Under the pieces are notes generated by a model. That model was not told the DNA's origin. It did no database searches and saw nothing but the letters and a program-made list of their open reading frames with translations. Below, one piece after another: positions 56,199 to 64,000 of a stretch of DNA of 64,000 nucleotides. Every line of letters begins with the position of its first letter. The stretch's first letter is position 1. Made by a program: the position numbers and the translations under genes. Location of the stretch: NCBI GenBank assembly GCA_009781005.1, contig WQYX01000014.1, positions 1,937-65,936 of the forward strand. The letters run 5' to 3'. Source of the stretch: Polyangiaceae bacterium. GTDB lineage: Bacteria > Myxococcota_A > Polyangia > Polyangiales > Polyangiaceae.

Positions 56199-57662
56199 TC
56201 ACTTCGTCGTGCCGAGCAGCCGCTCGAGCATGGCGTTGACGAGCTCAGGGTTTGCGCTCCCCTTGGTCGCCTTCATGATCTGCCCAACGAAGAAGCCGAA
56301 GAGCTGCTTCTTTCCCGCCTTTAGATCCGCCGCCTGTTTCGGATGATCGGCAATGACCTTTGCGCACACCTGCTCGATGGCTTTTGGATCGATCACTTGG
56401 CTCATCCCGAGCTCGGACATCGTCGCTCTAGGATCGCCGTCGGTCCATTTGACTTTTGCGTAAAGCTCCTTGGCTTGTTTGCCGCTGATCTCTCCGCTTC
56501 GGACCAGATCGAGAATTTTCGCTAGCTGCGTAGCCGAAATGGCAAATTTTGCTTTCAATCCTTGTGTCGTGACATCTCGCAGAACTTCGCTCTGGATGAA
56601 GTTTGCGACCTTGATGGTGTCGCCGAAGAGCGTCGCGGCCTCTTCGAAGAACGCCGCGATTCGCGGGTGTTGCGTGAGTACGGAAGCTGCCTGCGCGGTC
56701 AATCCGAGCTCCTGGACGAAGCGCGCGCGCTTGTCTCGCGGCGACTCGCCAACCTCCGCGTGCACACGATCGACGAACGCATCTTCCAGGACGAGCAGCG
56801 GCAAATCGGGCTCCGGAAAATAGCGATAGTCCTGCGCCGTCTCTTTGCTGCGAAGCGAGTACGTCGTGCCGGTCTTCTCGTCCCAACCGCGCGTTTCGGC
56901 AACCACGCGACCGCCGGTTTCGAGCACGTCTTTCTGCCGCTCAATCTCGGAGGCGATCGCCTTCTCGACGAAGCGAAACGAGTTGATGTTTTTGAGCTCG
57001 ACGCGCGTGCCGAGCGTGCTGTCGCCGGCGCGCCGGATCGACACGTTGACGTCGCAGCGAAGCGATCCCTCTTCGAGATTCCCGTCGTTGATGCCGAGAA
57101 AAACGAGCTCGTCGCGCAGCGCACGAAGGTACTCGGTCGCCTCCTTTGCGCTGCGCAAATCGGGCTCGCCGACGATCTCGATGAGCGGAGTGCCCGCGCG
57201 ATTGAGATCGACGACAGAACCACCGCCGAAATCATGCAGGTTCTTGCCCGCATCCTCTTCCATGTGAATGCGCGTGAGGCGAGCGACCTTGGTGCAGGGC
57301 TCGCCGCCCTCGTGCGCGGGCGGCAGCGTGATCGTGACGGCGCCACCTTTGCAGAACGGCTCGTCGTATTGGCTTATTTGGTAGCCCTTCGGGAGATCGG
57401 GATAGAAGTAGTTTTTGCGCGCGAAGCGGCTTTTTTCCTGAACCTCACCGCCGAGAGCGAGTGCAGCCTTGACGGCCATCCGCACGGCCTCCGCGTTGAG
57501 AGTTGGCAACGCCCCCGGCAAGCCAAGACACGTGGGGCAGACGTGCGTGTTCGGCGGTGCGCCGAAGGTCACATCGCACGCGCAAAAGAGTTTGCTCCGC
57601 GTGAGAAGTTGAGCGTGAACTTCGAGACCGATAACGGCTTCCCAAGATGCGCCTTCGAGCAT
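56199..57662 (-). CDS. gatB: Asp/Glu-tRNA amidotransferase subunit B
   Basis: VIGLEVHAQL, RKNYFYPDLPKGYQISQ, RIHMEEDAGK, YRYFPEPDL. The ORF-track extension to 57731 is element sequence. Confidence 0.97.
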   Translation of the reverse strand: MLEGASWEAVIGLEVHAQLLTRSKLFCACDVTFGAPPNTHVCPTCLGLPGALPTLNAEAVRMAVKAALALGGEVQEKSRFARKNYFYPDLPKGYQISQYDEPFCKGGAVTITLPPAHEGGEPCTKVARLTRIHMEEDAGKNLHDFGGGSVVDLNRAGTPLIEIVGEPDLRSAKEATEYLRALRDELVFLGINDGNLEEGSLRCDVNVSIRRAGDSTLGTRVELKNINSFRFVEKAIASEIERQKDVLETGGRVVAETRGWDEKTGTTYSLRSKETAQDYRYFPEPDLPLLVLEDAFVDRVHAEVGESPRDKRARFVQELGLTAQAASVLTQHPRIAAFFEEAATLFGDTIKVANFIQSEVLRDVTTQGLKAKFAISATQLAKILDLVRSGEISGKQAKELYAKVKWTDGDPRATMSELGMSQVIDPKAIEQVCAKVIADHPKQAADLKAGKKQLFGFFVGQIMKATKGSANPELVNAMLERLLGTTK

Positions 57663-57676
57663 GGGCGCGCAGACTA

Positions 57677-57799
57677 GACCGCTTTCGATTTGACGTGATC
57701 TCATCGTTGGGGCCTGCGGTGCGGTCCTCAAAGCCGAACAAGGCTGTTCCGGTCCGCTCCTCGGTCCCGCCTCGACCTCACGTCAACTTGAAAGCGGTC
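57677..57799 (+). mobile_element. 123-bp MITE-like element flanked by TA on both sides
   Basis: TA-GACCGCTTTC...GAAAGCGGTC-TA (TA at 57675-76 and 57800-01). Confidence 0.93.
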
Positions 57800-57883
57800 T
57801 AATTTCTGACCGCATTTGCGCGCAACGCCGCGAAACTTGGTCCTGGCCGCCGCGGCCAACTAGTCTCTCGAAGCTCACGAACG

Positions 57884-58174
57884 ATGCCCTCCGAGACATG
57901 GCTCCGCGGTCTGCCACTCGCCGTCCTGACGATGTCCGTCGTGGCCGTGCCGGTGCTCTTGCTCGAGCCGCAGGGGCTGCCGCGCATGCGGAGTTTGGAG
58001 AACGAGCTTCGCAACGTAGAAGACGAAAACGCCGAGCTCCGTCGCAACGTTGCAAAGCTCCGCGTGGACGTGAAAGATCTGCGGGAGAATCCGGAAGCCG
58101 TTGAGCGCATTGCCCGCGAACAACTCGGTCTCGTGCGCAAGAGCGAAGTTGTCTTCCAGTTCGACCGAAAATGA
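57884..58174 (+). CDS. ftsB: Septum formation initiator (FtsB/DivIC)
   Basis: TM, coiled coil, PEAVERIAREQLGLVRKSEVVF. Confidence 0.88.
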   Translation: MPSETWLRGLPLAVLTMSVVAVPVLLLEPQGLPRMRSLENELRNVEDENAELRRNVAKLRVDVKDLRENPEAVERIAREQLGLVRKSEVVFQFDRK

Positions 58175-58340
58175 GAGCGTGTAGGGCAGCCGTCGCGAGC
58201 GAATCGAGGCTAGGGCGGAGCGCGAGCACCGGGCGGAACAGGCTTTGAGGCCTTTGAGCACGGAGCGCAGCGCCCAACCGACGAATCGATTCGCGCAGCA
58301 GGCTGTCGAACACGCTCTGAGATGCGAGTATATTGATGCG

Positions 58341-59684
58341 GTGTCCGACGAGTTGGCGTACACCCTCCTGCACGAAGAGGCCGTTGCGGAGCATGCTGTC
58401 GCTGAAGCCCTCTTCGCATCGGTGACGACCGGCGCGCCACTGGTCCATGCGCTCGTTGAAACCGGCGCGATCACGAATGCAACGCTCTCGCGCTATCTTG
58501 CCCGTGGAGCCGCACCGGAGCTGCTCCGGGTCCATCCAGCAACGGATCTCATCGATCGACTGCCGGCAGGACTGCCAGCGCGGCTCTTCGCGATCCCAGT
58601 GCGGCGGGATGCCATCACCGGCACTGTCGATGTCGCTGTTGCCGACACGACCGATCCTCACCCTGGCAACGAAATCGCGTTCCATCTGAGCGCCCCAGTG
58701 CGGCTCGTGCGCGCCCCTCTCGACGCGATCGAAGACGCGCTCTCGCACATGCGGAGCCACGGGCAGACGCTCGCTTCGCACGATGCGCACACGAAACCGC
58801 TCGAGCCGCTCGAACGCGAACACGAACGACTGCACGATGAGACGCGTCGTCACCGGATCGACACGCCATCGTGGGGTACGCCCGTGCATTCTGCAAATAT
58901 CCAAGCCAACCCGAGTGAGGCCCAACGTGATCTCGAATCGGAGATTCCGATTCCGCTCACGCGCCGGACATCTGCGGGCGGGACCGGACAGGCCCCATTG
59001 CCGCTCGACGAAGGCTATGCCGTCGACCCGTCCGCCGTGCGCGCCGTCGTGGAAATCCACACCGAGCGTGATCGCAAAGGCAGCGAGCGCCTTCCCGATC
59101 CCAACGCGTGGCTCATCGCGCGGATCCCGCCGCCGCCGCCAATGCCCTCCAACACGGGCGCTTACAAAACCTATGTTGCAGCTCCCGAGCGAACTAGGCG
59201 CGCTTCTCAGAGCGATGAGCATAGAGCCGCCACGCGGAGCGACGTCATCACCATGCTCCGCTCGGCAACTTCACGTCATGCCATCTTCGATCTCGTGCTC
59301 GAGGGCGCGCGCTCGCTTTCGCCGCGCGCTGCAATCTTCATTGCAAGGCGCGGCGGTTTCCGCGGCTGGTCGTGCACGCCACAATTCGGTGATCGTAGCG
59401 CGCTCGCCGAACTCTTCGTCGACGCCGGTGCACCAAGCATTTTCGATGAGGCCGCGCGCACTGGCTTTTACGTTGGTCCCGTACAAGACGACGAGGTTCA
59501 CGCGCCGCTGCTCGACGTGATGGGCGGCTCGTCGCGCGACGTCACCGTCGTCGCCGTACGCATCCGCGGCAGGGCCGCCGTCATGATCGTCACCGACGCC
59601 GGCAACGCGAAGGTGGCAGCGCACAGACTCGGCGAGCTCGCGCAAGCCGCAGGCCACGCGCTATCCCGCGTCCTTCATCGCTGA
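58341..59684 (+). CDS. T2SSE_N (GspE N-terminal-like) domain protein with C-terminal GAF-like domain
   Basis: RLFAIPVRR...VDVAVADTTD...IAFHLSAPVR; Pro-rich linker; start uncertain. Confidence 0.65.
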   Translation: MSDELAYTLLHEEAVAEHAVAEALFASVTTGAPLVHALVETGAITNATLSRYLARGAAPELLRVHPATDLIDRLPAGLPARLFAIPVRRDAITGTVDVAVADTTDPHPGNEIAFHLSAPVRLVRAPLDAIEDALSHMRSHGQTLASHDAHTKPLEPLEREHERLHDETRRHRIDTPSWGTPVHSANIQANPSEAQRDLESEIPIPLTRRTSAGGTGQAPLPLDEGYAVDPSAVRAVVEIHTERDRKGSERLPDPNAWLIARIPPPPPMPSNTGAYKTYVAAPERTRRASQSDEHRAATRSDVITMLRSATSRHAIFDLVLEGARSLSPRAAIFIARRGGFRGWSCTPQFGDRSALAELFVDAGAPSIFDEAARTGFYVGPVQDDEVHAPLLDVMGGSSRDVTVVAVRIRGRAAVMIVTDAGNAKVAAHRLGELAQAAGHALSRVLHR

Positions 59685-59864
59685 CGCAACCACGGGGTTG
59701 CACCCGCGACAAGCAGCAGACTGCAGGCACTGCGACGGAGTCCTGCGCGGTTCGACGCAGCATTGCCAAATTCCGTGGCGCGGAGTCGATTCGTAATTAC
59801 TGTCCCGCGCGCAGAAATAGATCGCGGAGCAATACCGCTTTCTTGTCGTGAATGGGGAGGGACA

Positions 59865-61751
59865 ATGAAAAGTTTTATGGGGGTTGTTTCGATGGCATTC
59901 GTCCTTTGGACGGCTTCGCCGGCAAACGCTGCGTCGATCACGAAGGTCACCAACACCGCCACGGCCATTCCGGTCACCCAGTTGAAGGGCGGTCCAAACG
60001 ATGGAGAAGTGCTCGGTCTAGACCTAAGCGATCCAACGAAAAGCTATCTCTTCGATCCGATCGCGAACGCATGGTCGGATGGACCAACGAATGCGCAACT
60101 GCCATCGGGCGAATATCCCGTGATAATGACCGATGGGACGTACGTTGCGATCGCGAACGGCTGCGGGGCGAATGCCTCTCCCAACATCTGGGATCCCATG
60201 ACGATGTCGTTTCACACCGGAGCGCCAGCGCCGTATTCGATAAACAATCCTTTCGCCGCCATTTGGGCGGAAAGCGCAGACTCCGTCGCGATTCTCGCGA
60301 ACGATTGCACCAATACGCCTCGGTTCTTCGCGTACTCCATCAGCACGAATACATGGACAACTCGCTCCTTGCCGCCCGTTTCAACCACCAGCCTGCTGGG
60401 GTCGGCGTACCCCCTGTTACTCCCCTTGCTTACTATACCGCGGACCTCATCAGTGTTCGAGACGATGGTCGTCGGGGGCCGCACCTTCTTTTTCTCGACA
60501 TCTGCTAGCTATAGGTCCGCATACGCTTACGATCCAAATACGGATACGTGGGCTACGTACGCAAATGTGCTGCCAGGCGCGTTTCCGAGTGTCTATAGCT
60601 ATACCCTTACGATATTCCAAGGAAGTACGAAGGTGGCCTTCGTCGACGAGTCGACGGGATTCGTATATTTGTATGACACGAGCACGCCAGCCACCCCCGC
60701 TAGGAGACTGCCCGATCAACCGACGCCTCCGCTCCCCTGGGCAGCACAGCAGACCACCCAGCTCGCTAAGTATTTCTTCATCGAGGGATCGAAGAGTTAT
60801 TGTTTTGCCCTTGCGCGCACTGACATGGGGCTCGCGCCTATGCCGGTTATCTGGGACGAGGCTACCGAATCGTTCCTCCCGATGCCATGCTCGGTCACGC
60901 AAAATAACCCCCAATCTCCAGTCTTCGCATTCAATCGATACACCTTCCAGCTCGCCGACGGTCGTTTTTTGAGTGGATATGGAACAGCTTCAATCGCAAA
61001 TAGTGGAAGATTCGCGAGTCCAGAGTGGTGGATCTACGATCCGCCGGGAGAGACGGCGCTCGGGGAATCGTGCGCGTGCACGAACGATTGCCTGAGTGGC
61101 GTATGCGCTCTGGATTCGTCGGACGCGGCGAACACGTGTGTTGAATGTGCCCACGACGACAACTGCGCCGGCAATCCCAACGGTCCCATTTGCGATCCCC
61201 AAAAACATGTTTGCGGGTCATGTTCGGCCATCAACGATACCCAATGCCCCGCGAACGCAGCATTTTGCGATACGAGTGGCGCTCTCAACCAATGCGTTGG
61301 ATGCGATGGCAATCTTGGTAGCAACACACCTTTCGCGTGTTCGAATCCAAATCAACCCGTGTGCGGCACGAGCGGAGCGGCTCAGGGGATGTGCGTCGAA
61401 TGCACATCGAACCAATTCTGTGGTGCAACGGCTCCTGTTTGCGATCCGCAGACATTCCGTTGTGTCCCCGCGTGCTCAGCCTGCTCGGACGGCGGTGGCG
61501 GTGACGGCGGGGATGCCGGTGACGGCGGAACGACGGACAACGCCGAAGCTAGCGCGGATGACAACACCGGTGGAAACCCAATCCATGGCGACGTGCTCGC
61601 CAGCGGCGACGGAGGCTGCTCGGCCATGCCCAGAGGCCAGACAGGTGCATCCACGGACGCGTTCGTCCTCGGAATGATCTCCGCTTGCCTCGCTTTCGCG
61701 CGGCGACGGGTTACGTGCCCGCGAGGACGCGCAACGCATCGGTTGCTGTGA
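59865..61751 (+). CDS. Secreted protein: beta-propeller-like N-domain, Cys-rich repeats, MYXO-CTERM-like tail
   Basis: Signal peptide; FDPIANAWS and YDPNTDTW; many CxxC; GGCS...hydrophobic...RRR end. Confidence 0.75.
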   Translation: MKSFMGVVSMAFVLWTASPANAASITKVTNTATAIPVTQLKGGPNDGEVLGLDLSDPTKSYLFDPIANAWSDGPTNAQLPSGEYPVIMTDGTYVAIANGCGANASPNIWDPMTMSFHTGAPAPYSINNPFAAIWAESADSVAILANDCTNTPRFFAYSISTNTWTTRSLPPVSTTSLLGSAYPLLLPLLTIPRTSSVFETMVVGGRTFFFSTSASYRSAYAYDPNTDTWATYANVLPGAFPSVYSYTLTIFQGSTKVAFVDESTGFVYLYDTSTPATPARRLPDQPTPPLPWAAQQTTQLAKYFFIEGSKSYCFALARTDMGLAPMPVIWDEATESFLPMPCSVTQNNPQSPVFAFNRYTFQLADGRFLSGYGTASIANSGRFASPEWWIYDPPGETALGESCACTNDCLSGVCALDSSDAANTCVECAHDDNCAGNPNGPICDPQKHVCGSCSAINDTQCPANAAFCDTSGALNQCVGCDGNLGSNTPFACSNPNQPVCGTSGAAQGMCVECTSNQFCGATAPVCDPQTFRCVPACSACSDGGGGDGGDAGDGGTTDNAEASADDNTGGNPIHGDVLASGDGGCSAMPRGQTGASTDAFVLGMISACLAFARRRVTCPRGRATHRLL

Positions 61752-62208
61752 AAATTCCGATGACGCGACCGCGCTCCATCACGACCGCGCACCCGTACTT
61801 GTGCGCGGCCATCTCCTTCGCGACCTCTTCGAGCGTCGCGTCTGGCGAGACCGCGTAAGCATCCGTGCTCATCGCATCATCGACTTTGTCCGCGTCGAGA
61901 TCTGCGCCTGCGATGGTTTCGAGGAAGTAGAGATCGCGCTGCGTGACGACCCCCACGAGATCTCCTCGCTCGAGCACCGGCAGGTGACGGCAGTGATGCT
62001 CACGCATCATCTCATGCGCAGTCGACAGCGACTGCTCGCGTCCCACCGTGACGGGCTGCTCCGTCATGACGTCGCTCATAGTGAGCCTCGCTCGCTTGGG
62101 ATGTGCGTGCACAGCGTCGCTCGCGACGGTTTGCACACTCGCCCTAGTGGATGGCGCTTTGCGTGGGTTGCGACTGGTCATCGGTGGCATTGGGATCCAA
62201 CCTTTCAC
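61711..62208 (-). CDS. CBS domain pair protein
   Basis: HHCRHLPVLERGDLVGVVT, VIGIFTATD; start probably later than the ORF call. Confidence 0.85.
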   Translation of the reverse strand: MKGWIPMPPMTSRNPRKAPSTRASVQTVASDAVHAHPKRARLTMSDVMTEQPVTVGREQSLSTAHEMMREHHCRHLPVLERGDLVGVVTQRDLYFLETIAGADLDADKVDDAMSTDAYAVSPDATLEEVAKEMAAHKYGCAVVMERGRVIGIFTATDALRVLAGT

Positions 62209-62621
62209 GGCGGCACCACGCCGGGAAGCTGCGACGGCGGTCCCTCAGCAAGCGCTCGGAGCGCGTCGACAGCGGTGAAAACACCTACCACGTTTCCGCG
62301 ATCCACGATGACAGCCGCGCCAAATCGGCAACGTACCATCTCAGCGGCAACCTCGGCGAGCGGTGTCGACGGCAGCGCGAGGAACGGATCGGGCGACATG
62401 ACGTCGCCCACGACGACCTTGGACGGGTCGGCAATGCGCTCAGCAACCGCGAGTTCGCGCTCGTAGAGGATCCCGACGAGATCGGGACCGTCGAGCACCG
62501 GCAAGTGACGCACGCCGTAGCGCTGCATCGACGCACGTGCGTCAGCGAGCACCGCATCACGTTGGATGGTCTGCGGGCTCGGTGTCATGTACCGATAAAC
62601 TTCCGCGCAGCTCATCGACAT
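62205..62621 (-). CDS. CBS domain pair protein
   Basis: YMTPSP, VRHLPVLDGPDLVGIL, VVGVFTAVDAL. Confidence 0.87.
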   Translation of the reverse strand: MSMSCAEVYRYMTPSPQTIQRDAVLADARASMQRYGVRHLPVLDGPDLVGILYERELAVAERIADPSKVVVGDVMSPDPFLALPSTPLAEVAAEMVRCRFGAAVIVDRGNVVGVFTAVDALRALAEGPPSQLPGVVPP

Positions 62622-62749
62622 GCTCCTCGCGAGACGCGATGCCACGCGTGACACCACGCTACTGACCGGACGACGATCTCGTGATGGGCACGTCGTTGCA
62701 TTCACGACGAGCCGAAGCCAGAGGCATGCCGGGCTTCATCATCACATCC

Positions 62750-64000
62750 ATGCACACGCCCATCGACATCCGCGATGATCTGACGCGCCCGTCGGCCTAC
62801 CCGCCTCCTCACCCAGATCGCATCGAGCTCCGCGAGACACATGCGTCATACACGTTTCTGACCGAGCGCGACGTGTACAAGGTGAAGAAGCCCGTCGACC
62901 TCGGCTTTCTCGACTTTTCCTCGATCGCCGCTCGCCAACGCGCGTGCGAAACAGAAGTTGTCCTCAACGCGCGGCTTGCTCCGGCCGTCTACCTCGGTGT
63001 CGTCCCGGTGCGACGCGGTGGTGACGGCGCGCACCTGCATTCGGATGATGGCGAGATCGTCGACTGGGCGGTGCACATGCGCCGTCTGCCCGACGCGCTT
63101 CGCGCCGACGTGCGACTCTTGCATGGAACGCTCGCGCCGTCGCATTTCGAGATCCTCGCCGAACACGTCGCCGATTTCCACGCGCGCTGTGCAACGAACA
63201 ACGTCATCGCGTCGTACGGATCACCAGAACGGATCGCGCGAAACGTCCGCGACAACTTCGTCGCCACGCGCGGGGAGATCGATCATTCTCTGTCGACGGA
63301 CGAGGCACGCGAGATCGAGCGCTGGCAAACCGACTTTCTCGACGCGAAGATGCCCCTCCTGGCGGAACGATGCGCGCACGGGTTCGTTCGCGACGGCCAC
63401 GGCGATCTGAGACTCGATCACGTCTACTTCGACGACGGGAGCAATGCGCACTCACGCATCACGATCCTCGATTGCATCGAGTTCTCCAGTCGACTGCGCG
63501 CCGGCGACGTGTGCGCGGACATCGCATTTCTGTCGATGGACCTGGCGGCCCACGGACGCCGGGATCTTGCCGAGCATTTTCTTGCTCGTTACGCGCGTAG
63601 GACAAACGACTACGATCTCTATGCGCTCGTCGATTTCTATGAAAGTTATCGTGCGACCGTTCGCGCCAAGGTCTCGATGCTCCTCGCGCAGACGGGATCG
63701 GATGGCGTGGCGCGCGCGCATGCACGAGCCGAGGCACGGCGGCACTTCGTCCTCGCGCTCGCATGTGCTCGCCGTTCGATACTAACCCCGGCGGTGGTCG
63801 CCGTGGGCGGCGCCATCGCGTCGGGCAAGAGCACGATCGCCGATGCACTGGCAGAGTGCATGTCCGCCCCCGTCGTCGACACGGACCGCGCACGCAAGGC
63901 CATGCTCGGCGTTGGGGCCAGAGAGCCGGTGCACGCGCCGCCGTTCCAAGGATCCTATGACCATGAAGCCACCGCCAAGACGTATGCGGAAACCCTACGT
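62750..64000 (+). CDS. APH-like kinase fused to a P-loop (AAA_33) domain, Rv2004c-type (3' end off window)
   Basis: Own translation from ATG 62750: ETHASYTFL...YKVKKPVDLGFLDFS, RDGHGDLRL, LDCIEF, GAIASGKST. Not in the ORF track. Confidence 0.9.
   Translation, partial: MHTPIDIRDDLTRPSAYPPPHPDRIELRETHASYTFLTERDVYKVKKPVDLGFLDFSSIAARQRACETEVVLNARLAPAVYLGVVPVRRGGDGAHLHSDDGEIVDWAVHMRRLPDALRADVRLLHGTLAPSHFEILAEHVADFHARCATNNVIASYGSPERIARNVRDNFVATRGEIDHSLSTDEAREIERWQTDFLDAKMPLLAERCAHGFVRDGHGDLRLDHVYFDDGSNAHSRITILDCIEFSSRLRAGDVCADIAFLSMDLAAHGRRDLAEHFLARYARRTNDYDLYALVDFYESYRATVRAKVSMLLAQTGSDGVARAHARAEARRHFVLALACARRSILTPAVVAVGGAIASGKSTIADALAECMSAPVVDTDRARKAMLGVGAREPVHAPPFQGSYDHEATAKTYAETLR

Overview
GC-rich bacterial chromosomal segment. 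The gene content (MYXO-CTERM-like tail, MopE-like repeat, T2SSE_N protein, PilQ, GTG starts) points to Myxococcota, probably Polyangiaceae; this is inference. It is mostly housekeeping and family-specific genes: hppA, beta carbonic anhydrase, FadF-like oxidoreductase, yacG, class II DAHP synthase, asd, tyrA, pilQ, dnaA, aat, a sigma70 paralog, flotillins, ligD, thrB, gatB and ftsB. No rRNA, tRNA or CRISPR array was recognised. The most striking non-genic signal is a 123-bp non-autonomous element with terminal inverted repeats (GACCGCTTTC...GAAAGCGGTC). It occurs as 5 full copies, 1 internally deleted copy and 1 end remnant. Its ends repeatedly coincide with stop codons. One copy, 2 bp shorter, sits in frame inside ligD at the phosphoesterase/polymerase junction, where the ligase domain is absent. 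Other points of interest: a dnaA not linked to dnaN, with paired DnaA boxes upstream; a run of apparent pseudoenzymes (CE2-like esterase, ABC ATPase, membrane-bound sigma54-activator-like protein); and a type IV toxin-antitoxin-like island whose nucleotidyltransferase is frameshifted. All protein calls come from motif recognition by eye; no database searches were run.
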